Shown in pieces: positions 19,910 through 28,239 of a stretch of DNA of 28,344 bases (the stretch's first letter is position 1; every line of letters begins with the position of its first letter). Source of the DNA: an uncultured Armatimonadia bacterium (GTDB lineage Bacteria > Armatimonadota > Armatimonadia > Armatimonadales > Armatimonadaceae). Where the stretch lies: contig CAZYBA010000005.1 of NCBI GenBank assembly GCA_964646105.1, positions 1-28,344 on the forward strand, given 5' to 3'. A model generated the notes under the pieces. The model was not told the origin of the DNA. It worked only from the letters and a program-made list of their open reading frames with translations, and searched no databases. A program made the translations under genes and the position numbers.

Positions 19910-19960
19910 TCAACCGACGGTTGAAGTTCCGGTACCCCCGCCCCAATTCAAATCTCGCAT
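19910..19960 (-). CDS. Unannotated 16-aa peptide MRDLNWGGGTGTSTVG
   Basis: AAGGAG Shine-Dalgarno (19967-19972) with 6-nt AATAAA spacer before ATG 19960; TGA at 19910-19912; terminator 30 nt downstream. Too short for the ORF track. Confidence 0.6.
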   Translation of the reverse strand: MRDLNWGGGTGTSTVG

Positions 19961-20145
19961 TTTATTCTCCTTGCTACCTTCCGGAGCTCATAATCGACTC
20001 CGGCTTCCTGTCGCAGGGGCACGAAAAATACCCTGCGTACGCAATATAGATGAGAAACCAATGCCTGTCAATTTTGCTGGGTTTCGTGGCATCCCGCCCG
20101 GCTTCCACCCTCCGGATTCATCGGTGGGCTTCCGATAACTCTCCT

Positions 20146-21411
20146 GTGGAAACCCCGAACTTCAGTCCTGTCCCGTCCGGCGCGACCCGTGCAAATGACA
20201 CCGACGCCTGCCCGCGTGGACCCGGCGACACACTCGAGTTGCTTCCACTCGACAACCCGACACCCTCCCCGCCTCCCCGCCAGCCCGTTCGCGCAGCGCC
20301 CCCAATCCCAAGCCTTGGCGACTCCACGGTCGCTGTCCACAGGGACTGCCCTCTTCATGTCGACGACATTCTCGCCACCGCCGTCCACAATCGCGCGTCC
20401 GACATCCACCTGACTGTCGGCCTGCCCCCCATGGGACGAAAGGACGGCAAACTCGAACCCCTGTTCCCCGGTGTCCTCGAAGAACTCGATACACAACGTC
20501 TCGTCTACGACATCCTCCGGCCGGAACAACTGGAGCGATTCGAACGAACACGCGACATCGATTTTGCATACGAGGTGGCCGGAGTGGGGAGGTTCCGGTG
20601 CAATGTCTTCCGTCAACGAGCGCGCGTCGGTATGGCCGCACGAACCATCGCGACCGATGTCCCTACCCTCGAGTCCTTGGCGATGCCTGCGGTTTTGGCG
20701 GAAATCACCACCAAGCACTCCGGAATCGTCCTGGTCACCGGGCAAACCGGATCGGGAAAATCCACCACAATCGCGGCGATGATCGACGCCATCAACCGCA
20801 CGCAACCGGTCCACATCCTCACCCTCGAGGACCCGGTGGAGTTCATCCATCCGCACAAACGTGCCATGGTGAACCAACGCGAGATCGGACACGACTCCCA
20901 ATCGTTCGAGTCAGCAATCCGGGCCGCCCTCCGGGAAGACCCCGATGTGATTCTTGTCGGGGAAATGCGCGACCGAGAAACCATCGCCGCCGCACTCACC
21001 CTCGCCGAAACAAGACACTTGGTGTTCGGCACCCTCCACACACGAAGCGCCCCCGCGACCGTCGACCGCATCGTCGACGCATTCCCGGCCGACCAACAAG
21101 AACAAATCCGTGTCCAACTTGCCGGCAGTGTCCAAGCCATCGTCGCACAGCAATTGGTTCCCAAACGCGGCGGGGGACGTATTGCCGCGTTGGAGATCAT
21201 GGTGGGAACGTCCGCGGTTCGAAACCTGATCCGCGAAGGAAAGACACACCAGCTTGGCGGAGTCATCGAAACCGGACTGCAGTTCGGAATGCAATCGATG
21301 GACAAGACTCTGGCCGAGATGGTCCGGACCCAGCGCATCGAGCTTGAACACGCACTGCGACGCGCCGCAGATCCGGAAACTGTACAGCGACTGTTGCGCA
21401 ACGCCGCCTGA
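20146..21411 (+). CDS. pilT: Type IV pilus retraction ATPase PilT
   Basis: ASDIHLTVG, Walker A GQTGSGKST, LEDPVEF, QREIG, LREDPDVILVGEMRD, TLHT and AVRNLIRE (PilT-type). Start uncertain (GTG 20146 or ATG 20050). Confidence 0.92.
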   Translation: METPNFSPVPSGATRANDTDACPRGPGDTLELLPLDNPTPSPPPRQPVRAAPPIPSLGDSTVAVHRDCPLHVDDILATAVHNRASDIHLTVGLPPMGRKDGKLEPLFPGVLEELDTQRLVYDILRPEQLERFERTRDIDFAYEVAGVGRFRCNVFRQRARVGMAARTIATDVPTLESLAMPAVLAEITTKHSGIVLVTGQTGSGKSTTIAAMIDAINRTQPVHILTLEDPVEFIHPHKRAMVNQREIGHDSQSFESAIRAALREDPDVILVGEMRDRETIAAALTLAETRHLVFGTLHTRSAPATVDRIVDAFPADQQEQIRVQLAGSVQAIVAQQLVPKRGGGRIAALEIMVGTSAVRNLIREGKTHQLGGVIETGLQFGMQSMDKTLAEMVRTQRIELEHALRRAADPETVQRLLRNAA

Positions 21412-21440
21412 GACCCGAAAGCAATCGACAGGAATCCCCG

Positions 21441-22655
21441 ATGGCCACTTTTGTCTACGATGCTCTCGACCCAATGGGACGCTCGGTTCGCGACCGTATC
21501 GACGCCGAGTCCGAATCCCAGGTCATCAGCCGCCTGCACTCCCAAGGGCTTCACGTTCTCAAGGTTGCCGAGCAACGTCAAACAGGACTGAAGGCGGAAT
21601 CCAGACCCGCCAACGGCAAGGCCAAGTTGACGGCACTGGTGGTCTTTTCACGCCAGTTCGCAACGATGGTGGACGCCGGCCTCTCCGTCATGAAGGCAAT
21701 CGACATTCTGGCTTCGCAAACCAAGGACGTGCCCCTGCGCCATGCGCTCGAACAGGTCAAGCGAGACGTCCAGGAGGGGGGCAGCCTCGCGGATTCCTTG
21801 GCAAAACATCCCGGTTGCTTCTCCCGGCTCTATGTCAACATGATCCGAGCAGCCGAACTGGGAGGCATCCTCGACACAATCCTCGACCGTCTGGCCGGAT
21901 TCCTCGAGAAGGAACAGGAAATCCGACAAAAGGTCAAGGCGTCCCTCACCTACCCGGTCATTGTCCTCGGATTCGCGGTCGCGATGCTCAACGCCATGTT
22001 CTTCTTCGTCCTGCCGACATTCAAGTCGATCTTCGACGAAATGGGTGTCCCGATGCCCCCGATGACCGCGGTGCTCTTCGGAATCTCCGACATCATGCGC
22101 TCGTTCTGGTACATCTTCCTGGGAGTCCCGATCGCCGCAGTGTTTGCGTTCCGGCGCTACCAACGAACTCCGCAGGGAGCACGGACTGTCGACTGGATCA
22201 AGATCAAGGTGCCGATCTTCGGGGACCTCATCCTCAAACTCGCGATCGCACGGTTCGCACGAACGTTTGGAACGCTCCTCGCCTCCGGTGTCCCCATTAT
22301 GCGCACCATGGAAATCATCGGGGAAACCGCCGGAAACGTGCTGGTCAGCGACGCGGTCCAGAAAACCAGGGCGGATATTCGGGACGGCAAACGGCTGAGT
22401 CGGCCGCTGCAGGCAAGCGGACTCTTTCCACCGATGGTCACCCATATGATCGATGTCGGTGAAGAAACCGGACGACTCAGCGAAATGCTGGTCAAGGTGG
22501 CCGACTTTTACGAATCCGAGGTGGACGCGACGGTCAAGGGGCTCACCAGCCTGATCGAACCCATACTCATTGTCTTCCTCGGAGTCGTGGTCGGGTTCAT
22601 CGTGGTCGCCATCATGGCCCCCATGTTCAGCATGGTCTCCAACATCAGCCCGTAG
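21441..22655 (+). CDS. pilC: Type IV pilus/T2SS inner-membrane platform protein (PilC/GspF family)
   Basis: FSRQFATMVDAG, V.EGGSLA..L.KHP..F..LY..M..A.E.GG.L, ..TYP, GVPI, GEETGRL and LIEP motifs. Confidence 0.95.
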   Translation: MATFVYDALDPMGRSVRDRIDAESESQVISRLHSQGLHVLKVAEQRQTGLKAESRPANGKAKLTALVVFSRQFATMVDAGLSVMKAIDILASQTKDVPLRHALEQVKRDVQEGGSLADSLAKHPGCFSRLYVNMIRAAELGGILDTILDRLAGFLEKEQEIRQKVKASLTYPVIVLGFAVAMLNAMFFFVLPTFKSIFDEMGVPMPPMTAVLFGISDIMRSFWYIFLGVPIAAVFAFRRYQRTPQGARTVDWIKIKVPIFGDLILKLAIARFARTFGTLLASGVPIMRTMEIIGETAGNVLVSDAVQKTRADIRDGKRLSRPLQASGLFPPMVTHMIDVGEETGRLSEMLVKVADFYESEVDATVKGLTSLIEPILIVFLGVVVGFIVVAIMAPMFSMVSNISP

Positions 22656-22744
22656 CAACGATCGCGCTGCGCGCCTCCTGAAAAACCACGCACATCCGCC
22701 GTTGCAAACTCCGCCGATGCCCGGTGATCGGCTTCCCAACGGAT

Positions 22745-22773
22745 TTGTTCGCAGGTGCCCCGTAAGATATACT
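22745..22773 (+). promoter_or_regulatory. Sigma70-type promoter for the histidine kinase
   Basis: TTGTTC (22745-22750), 17-nt spacer, TATACT (22768-22773); AAAGGA upstream of ATG 22837. Confidence 0.55.
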
Positions 22774-22836
22774 CCGTTGCACCGCCGACCCCGGCCCACC
22801 GTGTTTTCGGACGCCACGAAAGGATCAAACCGCCCC

Positions 22837-24588
22837 ATGCCCTCGGAGGAAAATGTCGAGGCACTGCACGACAAGGTCCGCCACCTCGAGTCGGAACTCG
22901 CCCAGAAAAACAAGATCATCCAGGACCTGAACCGAAAGGTTCAGGAGGCGAACGAAGGTGCGCAACCCACCGCCGAACTCTCCGAGATCGAAGAAACCCT
23001 ACGTCGGTTGATGACCCGGATCGGGATGATTGTGCAGGGCACCAAGTGCCTGCTCATGATTCACAACCCCGAATCCGACGAACTCATTGCCGAACGGCCC
23101 AGCCTCAACATCGACGAGGCCCTTCTGTCCGAACACCGGATCGCGCCGGGCCAAGGCGTTTCTGGGGAAGTATTCGCCACCGGTGAACCGGTCATTGTCT
23201 ACGACACGGAAACCGACGATCGGGCACGCGCCGAAAACCTGGTCGCCCTCGGGGCCCGCAACGGTGTCTGCGTCCCGGTCGTTGTTGAAAAACGCGACGA
23301 AGAAACCAACCAGGTGGTCGAACGACGCACCATCGGGGTGTTGCACGTCTTCAACCAGCGCTTCGGCGGAGTCTTCACCGACGAAGATGTCAAGCTCCTC
23401 GAGCGGATGTCACGCAACGCCGCAGCGGTCATCAATACGGCCACCACATTCCGACGGGTGGTGGAAGAGAAGCGCGAACTCGAAGAACAGATCAACGCGC
23501 TTTCCATCGGTTTGGTCATGGTCAACACCGCAGGACGTGTCAGCCAGATGAACTCGTCCGCCCGGCAAATCCTCGGCATCCCCGCCGACGACAATGTCCA
23601 TGCCAAAAATTACGATGCAGCAATCCAGAACCCCGAAGTGGTCGACTTGCTGCGACGGGCAATCCAGGGTGGATCGGCCGATATCACCGAAGAGATTCCC
23701 ATTCCCGAGCCACGCTCCCCGGAAAACATCCACCACTTCCAAGTGCAGACTGCGCCGGTCAACACCGAACAAGGCGACCAGATCGGCATTGTCGCCATCT
23801 TCAACGACATCACCGAGATCAAGAATGTCGACAAGCTGAAAACAGCGTTCGTCTCGACGGTCTCCCACGAGCTGCGCACCCCGATGACCTCGATCAAGGG
23901 GTTTGTCGCCACCCTCCTCATGGACGAGGATGGCACCATGTTCCTGCACGACGATCGGATGGAGTTCTACACGATCATCGACAAGGAATGCGATCGACTG
24001 CGGCGCCTCATCGACGACCTGCTCAATGTCTCGCGAATCGAAGCCGGCGCGTCCATGCAGCTGGTCTTCGATCCGGTCAATGTCCGTGAAGTGGTGAAGA
24101 AAACCATCATCATCGAGAACGGCAGCACGTACAAGCGTGCCAAGCACACCCTCGACTTCACTGTCGCCGACGATGTGCCCGAGATGATCGAAGCCGATGC
24201 CGACAAGTTCGAGCAGATCCTGCACAACCTTATCGGAAACGCACTCAAGTACTCGCCCGACGGGGGAGCCGTCCGTGTGGCGGTCACCTGCCAACCCGGC
24301 ACGGACATGCTGCAATTCGACATCTCCGACGAAGGGCTCGGGATGTCGCCCGAGTTCCTCAAGAAATTCGGACAAAAATTCGCCCGCGCCGACAACCGCG
24401 ACACCCGCTCCATCAATGGCACCGGCATCGGGGTCTTCCTGGTCCGGACGTTTGTCGAAGCGCACGGGGGCGACATGTGGCCCCACTCCGGCGGAGTCGG
24501 CAAAGGCACCACCATCTCGTTCACCATGCCGTTGAGGCAACCCGACGAGCCGTTGGCGGGCGACCTCGCCGGTCGACTGGCCGGCTGA
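22837..24588 (+). CDS. Soluble sensor histidine kinase (coiled coil-GAF-PAS-HisKA-HATPase)
   Basis: H-box [15 protein letters not shown]-box [11 protein letters not shown]1 DEGLGM, G2 GTGIG; GAF (G.GVSG.V..TGEP, CVPV) and PAS (GLVMVN..GRV..MN) segments; no TM helix. Confidence 0.93.
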   Translation: MPSEENVEALHDKVRHLESELAQKNKIIQDLNRKVQEANEGAQPTAELSEIEETLRRLMTRIGMIVQGTKCLLMIHNPESDELIAERPSLNIDEALLSEHRIAPGQGVSGEVFATGEPVIVYDTETDDRARAENLVALGARNGVCVPVVVEKRDEETNQVVERRTIGVLHVFNQRFGGVFTDEDVKLLERMSRNAAAVINTATTFRRVVEEKRELEEQINALSIGLVMVNTAGRVSQMNSSARQILGIPADDNVHAKNYDAAIQNPEVVDLLRRAIQGGSADITEEIPIPEPRSPENIHHFQVQTAPVNTEQGDQIGIVAIFNDITEIKNVDKLKTAFVSTVSHELRTPMTSIKGFVATLLMDEDGTMFLHDDRMEFYTIIDKECDRLRRLIDDLLNVSRIEAGASMQLVFDPVNVREVVKKTIIIENGSTYKRAKHTLDFTVADDVPEMIEADADKFEQILHNLIGNALKYSPDGGAVRVAVTCQPGTDMLQFDISDEGLGMSPEFLKKFGQKFARADNRDTRSINGTGIGVFLVRTFVEAHGGDMWPHSGGVGKGTTISFTMPLRQPDEPLAGDLAGRLAG

Positions 24589-24602
24589 TCCCCCCAATCC
24601 CC

Positions 24603-25058
24603 ATGGGAACGCCGATCGAAGTCCCCATCCGACAAACCCCCGAGGCAACCGATTTGCCGTTGCCTCGGTACGAAACCGCCGCCGCAGCCGGCATGGACCT
24701 GCGCGCGGCGGTTTCCGAACCCCAGACCCTGGCGCCCGGACAATTCGCCGCAGTCCCTACCGGCATCTGCATCGCACTCCCGCAAGGCTACGAGGCACAG
24801 GTGCGACCCCGATCCGGACTCGCCCGCAAACACGGCATCGGCATGGTCAACAGCCCCGGCACCATCGATGCCGACTACCGCGGGGAAATCCATGTCCTCC
24901 TGATCAACCACGGCAGCCAACCCTTCCCCATACAACGCGGTGACCGCATCGCACAATTGGTGGTTGCCCCGGTCGCCAACGTCGAATGGATTGCTGTCGA
25001 CAGCCTTGAGGAAACCACCCGGGGCAGCGGCGGGTTCGGGCATACCGGATCGCAATGA
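24603..25058 (+). CDS. dut: dUTP diphosphatase
   Basis: All five motifs: [37 protein letters not shown]. Confidence 0.97.
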   Translation: MGTPIEVPIRQTPEATDLPLPRYETAAAAGMDLRAAVSEPQTLAPGQFAAVPTGICIALPQGYEAQVRPRSGLARKHGIGMVNSPGTIDADYRGEIHVLLINHGSQPFPIQRGDRIAQLVVAPVANVEWIAVDSLEETTRGSGGFGHTGSQ

Positions 25059-26059
25059 ACCCGCCCGGCACCGAGCCCGACGCCCGGCTCGTGCAAGCCC
25101 AACTCGCCCTGCTGCGCGGCGACCATCAAACCGCCCGCGATCTCTGCAGGCAAGTACTCGACACTGATCCCAACTGGCCCGCCGCACTCGCCCTGATGGG
25201 GCGAATCCAAGACGCCGCAGGCCAGCCCGACGAAGCCCTGCACTGGCTTGGAGCCGCTGTCGAACGCGACCCTGACAATCCTGTCTGGAAAGAACACCGG
25301 GATCGCCTGGTCCGCAACGCGGTGCGCAACCCGGCCCGCAGCCCCCGGCGACCTGCCCCGCAATCCGAAACCGAGTCCGGCGAATCGGAGTCGGTGGCAA
25401 ACCACACCCTCCGCGAAACACTCCAAGCAACTCCCAAGCCGATCCGGATTGCCCTCATCGCCGGGGCACTCCTCGCATTGGTCCTCGGGATCATCGTCGG
25501 GACCCACTTCGCCACCCGGTCCGAACCAACGTTGAAACCCAATGTCCCGACGTCGCGGAACAACCCCGATCCCATTTTGGTCGACCAACCCGAACCCGGA
25601 CCATCGGCCCCGCAATTCCCGACTCCGAGCCAGGGAAGCGCAACGGCTCCGCAAAACCCGACAACGCCCCCGGATAGGACGCCCCCGAAAGCGCCCTCCG
25701 AAGCGCAGCAACCGCCACCGACCTTGGGCACCACCGCCGAAATCGTGGTCAATGTCGCAAACGCCCGGGAGGCCCGGTGGAACCCATCCAACGTCACCCT
25801 TTCCCTCTGGATCTCGGTCGACCGCCCCGCGCCCGCCGATGAGAAATCCAAAGGCGAGATTCGCACGACGGCGGAAACCATTGTTCGCAACGCGCTTCCG
25901 CAGTTCCCCGACGCACGCCGTGTCCGAGTCCAAGTCGAGCAGTGGCGCGGAAATGCCCAACCGGTACCGATCCTCAACGCCGAGGGGGATGTTCCCGACG
26001 ATCCCGGCGCCAAAACGCCGATCCTCACACAGGAAACCTGGGCCCCCGCCAGCCCGTAA
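25055..26059 (+). CDS. TPR-containing single-pass membrane protein with a Pro-rich linker
   Basis: ATGA overlap with dut stop; N-terminal TPR-like repeats (A..L...VL..DP....AL.L.G; AL..L..AV..DP.N); [20 protein letters not shown]; Pro-rich stretch; C-terminal alpha/beta domain. Confidence 0.75.
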   Translation: MNPPGTEPDARLVQAQLALLRGDHQTARDLCRQVLDTDPNWPAALALMGRIQDAAGQPDEALHWLGAAVERDPDNPVWKEHRDRLVRNAVRNPARSPRRPAPQSETESGESESVANHTLRETLQATPKPIRIALIAGALLALVLGIIVGTHFATRSEPTLKPNVPTSRNNPDPILVDQPEPGPSAPQFPTPSQGSATAPQNPTTPPDRTPPKAPSEAQQPPPTLGTTAEIVVNVANAREARWNPSNVTLSLWISVDRPAPADEKSKGEIRTTAETIVRNALPQFPDARRVRVQVEQWRGNAQPVPILNAEGDVPDDPGAKTPILTQETWAPASP

Positions 26060-26365
26060 CTCGAATCCTGCAGTGGCACCCGGACATCCGGGCCCGTTCA
26101 GGGAATGGTCGAACACGGGCTGGTGAGCGTTGGGTGCGGGAGAGGGCAATTTATTCGGCAACCCGCAACGCCAACCCGACATTCGGTTTGCCCGATCGGT
26201 TTCGTTCCGGTTGCACCGCGTCCTTCACAACCCAAAATCCGCCGTCCCGCAGAGAACAGTCCCGGCAAGCCGGGGCCACACTGGTTTACCGAAAAACGCC
26301 CCCGGACGACCGCCAAGTGAACCGGAGGCACGACCCATCCTTGGCTCGGAACAGGAGTGCGATCC

Positions 26366-27304
26366 GTGAAGATCCTGATTGGTGTGGACGGCGGGGTTGA
26401 CGACAGCATGCCCGCCCGCCTCGTTTGCCGTTTGCGTTTTCCCAAACCCCGGATCGACCTGATGCACGCGGTCGTGCCGATCACCTGGTGGGCAGGCGAC
26501 ACGGTGGTCTCCGCCGATCTGGCTCAGCAGACCCTCGATGCACAACGGGAGGAAGGGGAGAACATCCTCGAACGTGCCCGCGCGCTGTACAAGGGAACCG
26601 ATGCGCAGATTGGATTGCACCTCGACTTCGGGAGTCCGTCTGAACGCCTTCTCGATGAATTGCGCTCCCATCCCGCCGATTTGGTCGTGGTGGGGGGGCA
26701 TCCGCGGGGAACGTTCGCCGCGTGGGCTTCGGGCAGTGTCGGCCGCAATCTGGTTGTCAATTCGGAGTCGAGTTTGCTGGTGGTCAAAGGAGGCATCCGG
26801 ACCGAGGGACCGGTGGATTTGGTGATCGCGACCGACCATTCCGGCTATGTCGAAAGCTGTGTCGACCAACTGATCGCCTGGGCTCCCGCCGGTTTCGGAA
26901 ACATCCTGGTGGTTACCGCCACCGATTTCGAAACCGATTCCGAAACGGTTGCGTCCATCGCCGAACGCCATCGCGGGCTGCGTGCCGATTACCAATCCCG
27001 TGGAGAACGGCTGGCCGCGCGGCTCAAGCCCCTCTGCTCGGGAAACGTGGATGTAGATGTGGTGGACGGCAATCCCGGAGAGGTGCTGGCCGACGCCATG
27101 CAGCGAACGGGAGCCGAACTTCTGGTTCTCGGGGCGCAAGGCCACGGCTGGTTCGACCGTCTCGCCTACGGCAGTGTTTCCTACCGGCAGGTGGTCTCGC
27201 AGCCGTACCCGGTGCTGGTCCTGCGTCCCGCCACCGCGTTCACCACCGAGCAGAGCACCACGGCGAGCGTCTCCGCACCGGTCGATGTCGCGCCGTTTGT
27301 CTGA
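26366..27304 (+). CDS. Tandem universal stress protein (two USP domains)
   Basis: KILIGVDG, IDLMHAV, GSP...L.D...ADLVVVG..GSV; second domain VIATDHS, GNP.E.L..A....AELLVLGAQGHG...GSVS.....PVLV. AGGAG RBS 8 nt before GTG 26366. Confidence 0.9.
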   Translation: MKILIGVDGGVDDSMPARLVCRLRFPKPRIDLMHAVVPITWWAGDTVVSADLAQQTLDAQREEGENILERARALYKGTDAQIGLHLDFGSPSERLLDELRSHPADLVVVGGHPRGTFAAWASGSVGRNLVVNSESSLLVVKGGIRTEGPVDLVIATDHSGYVESCVDQLIAWAPAGFGNILVVTATDFETDSETVASIAERHRGLRADYQSRGERLAARLKPLCSGNVDVDVVDGNPGEVLADAMQRTGAELLVLGAQGHGWFDRLAYGSVSYRQVVSQPYPVLVLRPATAFTTEQSTTASVSAPVDVAPFV

Positions 27305-27315
27305 TCCGTCCGGAC

Positions 27316-27391
27316 GGGTGGGGTATCGGTTTTTGGCAAGGTTCCCCGCATCCGGGTGGGGTATCGGTTTTTGGCAAGGTTCCCCGCATCC
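27316..27391. repeat. Direct tandem repeat, 2 x 38 bp (GGGTGGGGTATCGGTTTTTGGCAAGGTTCCCCGCATCC)
   Basis: Identical copies at 27316-27353 and 27354-27391 with no spacer; a third copy starts (GGGT) and then diverges. Confidence 0.95.
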
Positions 27392-27836
27392 GGGTTGGGT
27401 GTCGGGATCGTTGTTCCGCAGCATCGCAGGCGGAATAGGAACCCTGTGAGTTCCCCGACCACCGTGTTGGCGACCCGCGTGGGTCGGTTTCGCGCGGGAA
27501 TCGACACGCGACGATGTCGGTGCCAGGTCCTTTCTTGCATGTCCTCGGTGGGTTGCCGGTCGGTACGGTGATCTTCCGGCGCTGAAAATCGCCGGATGGG
27601 AACGGGTTGGCTTGCCGGTTTCGTTGCAGCGGCGGTTCCTGCGGTCCGCACGCTTCCGGGTCGGAATGTCGAAGCGTTCCTGCCGCCCAACGTGCCGCGG
27701 GATCGCGTGCAGGCGGTCCGAATTCAGGGTGCATTTCCCGATGGTTCCCGCCGAAAACAGATATGGTGAATCGCCCATGCCCGACCCGGTACTCGGTGCG
27801 CAGGGTGGTCCTTTGCGATTGGGAAAACCCCCTCCA

Positions 27837-27845
27837 TGGTAGAAT
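27837..27845 (+). promoter_or_regulatory. Extended -10 element TGGTAGAAT
   Basis: TGn-TAGAAT ends 10 nt before ATG 27856. Confidence 0.5.
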
Positions 27846-27855
27846 CACGGCGCCG

Positions 27856-28239
27856 ATGAACCCCGTCAACCCGACCTGCGCACCCCGCTCCACGCGGGAA
27901 ACCTGCGCCGGGAAACGCCTCTGGCACTGGGGTTGGATCCTTCTCGGAGCCCTTCTGATCGCTCCATCCACGGCCGGCGCGGTCCTCGATACGTTCCTGG
28001 CCGAAGCGCGGGCCCTGTTCCCGGACGGACTTGCTCGTCCCGCGCTCGTCTGCCCGCTCGCCACCAATGCCCCAGCCCGGCGCAATGTCGCCCCCGATCG
28101 GGTCCGCAACCACTGTGCCGCGGCAATGTCCCGGCCGTGCGTCCTTGCCGATGTCCCGCCCGATTCCGGCATGTCCGCCTTGGTTTTCCCCGGCCGTCCC
28201 GGACCGGTTCCGGACAATCCCCGCGCGCCGCCCGCCTGA
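27856..28239 (+). CDS. Small membrane/secreted protein ending in RAPP (candidate arrest peptide / regulatory uORF)
   Basis: 127 aa; hydrophobic segment LWHWGWILLGALLIAPSTAGA; five Cys; C-terminus NPRAPPA-stop; promoter-like element directly upstream. Confidence 0.6.
   Translation: MNPVNPTCAPRSTRETCAGKRLWHWGWILLGALLIAPSTAGAVLDTFLAEARALFPDGLARPALVCPLATNAPARRNVAPDRVRNHCAAAMSRPCVLADVPPDSGMSALVFPGRPGPVPDNPRAPPA

Noticed and set aside
19780-19960. c-di-GMP riboswitch or tRNA upstream of the HD-GYP gene
   Set aside because: No GEMM-I elements (GNRA-capped P2 plus CGCAAAG) or class II core recognisable, and no cloverleaf or T-loop; the region is better explained by the micro-ORF plus terminator.
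19983-20010. dif site at the skew switch: GGAGCTCATAA matches the E. coli XerC arm GGTGCGCATAA at 9/11
   Set aside because: The position of the XerD arm reads CCGGCTTCCTG, unlike TTATGTTAAAT; a half-site only, so not called.
26060-26350. Structured ncRNA or riboswitch in the TPR-USP intergenic region (imperfect GCGTTG..GCGGG/CCCGCAACGC repeat, CCCGG-CAAG-CCGGG hairpin)
   Set aside because: No match to riboswitch cores I know; short hairpins are expected by chance at this GC content.
27316-27391. CRISPR array (38-bp repeat length is CRISPR-like)
   Set aside because: Copies are directly adjacent with no spacers, there are only two, and no cas genes are in the window.
26225-27778. Long antisense and alternate-frame ORFs (e.g. 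26225..27778 -, 7897..9609 -, 2576..3769 -, 1665..3152 +, 27240..28307 -)
   Set aside because: Arg/Pro/Gly-rich shadow ORFs typical of high-GC DNA, overlapping well-supported genes.
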